DNA of 64,000 nucleotides from a virus (taxonomy: Duplodnaviria > Caudoviricetes): IMG/VR virus record IMGVR_UViG_3300044297_000138, positions 64,001 to 128,000 of that record; one strand, given 5' to 3'. The translations under genes were made by a program, and so were the position numbers. Positions 63,452 through 64,000 of the stretch are shown piece by piece (positions within the stretch are counted from its first letter, which is position 1; each line of letters opens with the position of its first letter). The notes under the pieces were generated by a model that was not told where the DNA came from, ran no database searches, and was given only the letters and a program-made list of their open reading frames with translations.

Positions 63452-64000
63452 AAAAGCAGAATCAAAATTAACTGACGAAAGAAATTCGTTTAAACCATTC
63501 AATTATCCTTGGGCATATGATGCTTGGTTGAAACACGAACAAATTCATTGGTTACATACCGAAGTTCCAATGCTTGAGGATATGAAAGATTGGAAGAAGA
63601 AACTGACGGCTGAAGAAAAACAATTCTTAACTCATATTTTTCGTTTCTTTACACAAGGTGATATTGATGTTGCCGGTGGTTATGTTAAAAATTATCTTCC
63701 GTATTTTCCACAACCAGAAATTCGTATGATGTTGATGGGTTTTGCTGCTCGTGAAGCACTACACATTGCTGCTTATTCACACTTGATTGAAACCCTTGGT
63801 TTACCCGAGACTACATACAATCAATTTCTTGAATATCAAGAAATGAAAGACAAACACGACTATGTGTTAGACATTGCAAGTAAAAACGGAACAAAAGAGA
63901 ATACTGCACGCCATATCGCCGTGTTCAGTGCTTTTACTGAAGGTATGCAGTTATTCTCCTCTTTTATTATGTTGTTGAATTTCCCACGCCACGGTAAAAT
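63444..64000 (+). CDS. nrdB: Ribonucleotide reductase beta subunit, 3' end truncated by window
   Basis: FKPFNYPWAY, HWLHTEV, FRFFTQGDIDV, REALHIAAYS, FTEGMQLFSSF. Confidence 0.95.
   Translation, partial: MIKKAESKLTDERNSFKPFNYPWAYDAWLKHEQIHWLHTEVPMLEDMKDWKKKLTAEEKQFLTHIFRFFTQGDIDVAGGYVKNYLPYFPQPEIRMMLMGFAAREALHIAAYSHLIETLGLPETTYNQFLEYQEMKDKHDYVLDIASKNGTKENTARHIAVFSAFTEGMQLFSSFIMLLNFPRHGK

Noticed and set aside
1-64000. Stop-codon reassignment
   Set aside because: Core genes are full length in the standard code and no suppressor tRNA anticodon (CTA, TCA, TTA) was found

Overview
A 64-kb slice of an AT-rich T4-like myovirus genome. The sequence suggests a Gram-negative host (spanins, GH19 endolysin, consensus sigma70 promoters); a freshwater betaproteobacterial host is only my impression. 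Gene order: head/tail genes (gp19-gp23, gp3), recombination and late transcription (uvsY, uvsW, gp55, gp47/46), replication (gp45/44/62, regA, split gp43, uvsX, gp41, gp61), hsp20, a 4.3-kb array of 27 tRNAs covering all 20 amino acids (plus one isolated tRNA), a glycan-modification cluster, putative capsid-internal proteins, a lysis cassette and thyX/nrdA/nrdB. The most notable unannotated signal is a candidate ribosome-dependent attenuator directly upstream of the tRNA array. It has a sigma70 promoter, a 34-codon leader ORF sampling 19 amino acids (25 different codons in its first 26), and mutually exclusive antiterminator/terminator stems, which would make it a general sensor of tRNA shortage. 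A second consensus promoter just downstream of the terminator is a caveat to that model. Other highlights: several structured non-coding RNAs between the tRNAs, a long-arm tRNA(UAU), a D-armless tRNA-Gly mimic, a DNA polymerase gene split by an HNH-led 5-gene insert, a ROSE-like thermometer on hsp20, and an overprinted gene with its own late promoter and RBS. All family assignments come from motif recognition by eye; no database search or folding program was run.
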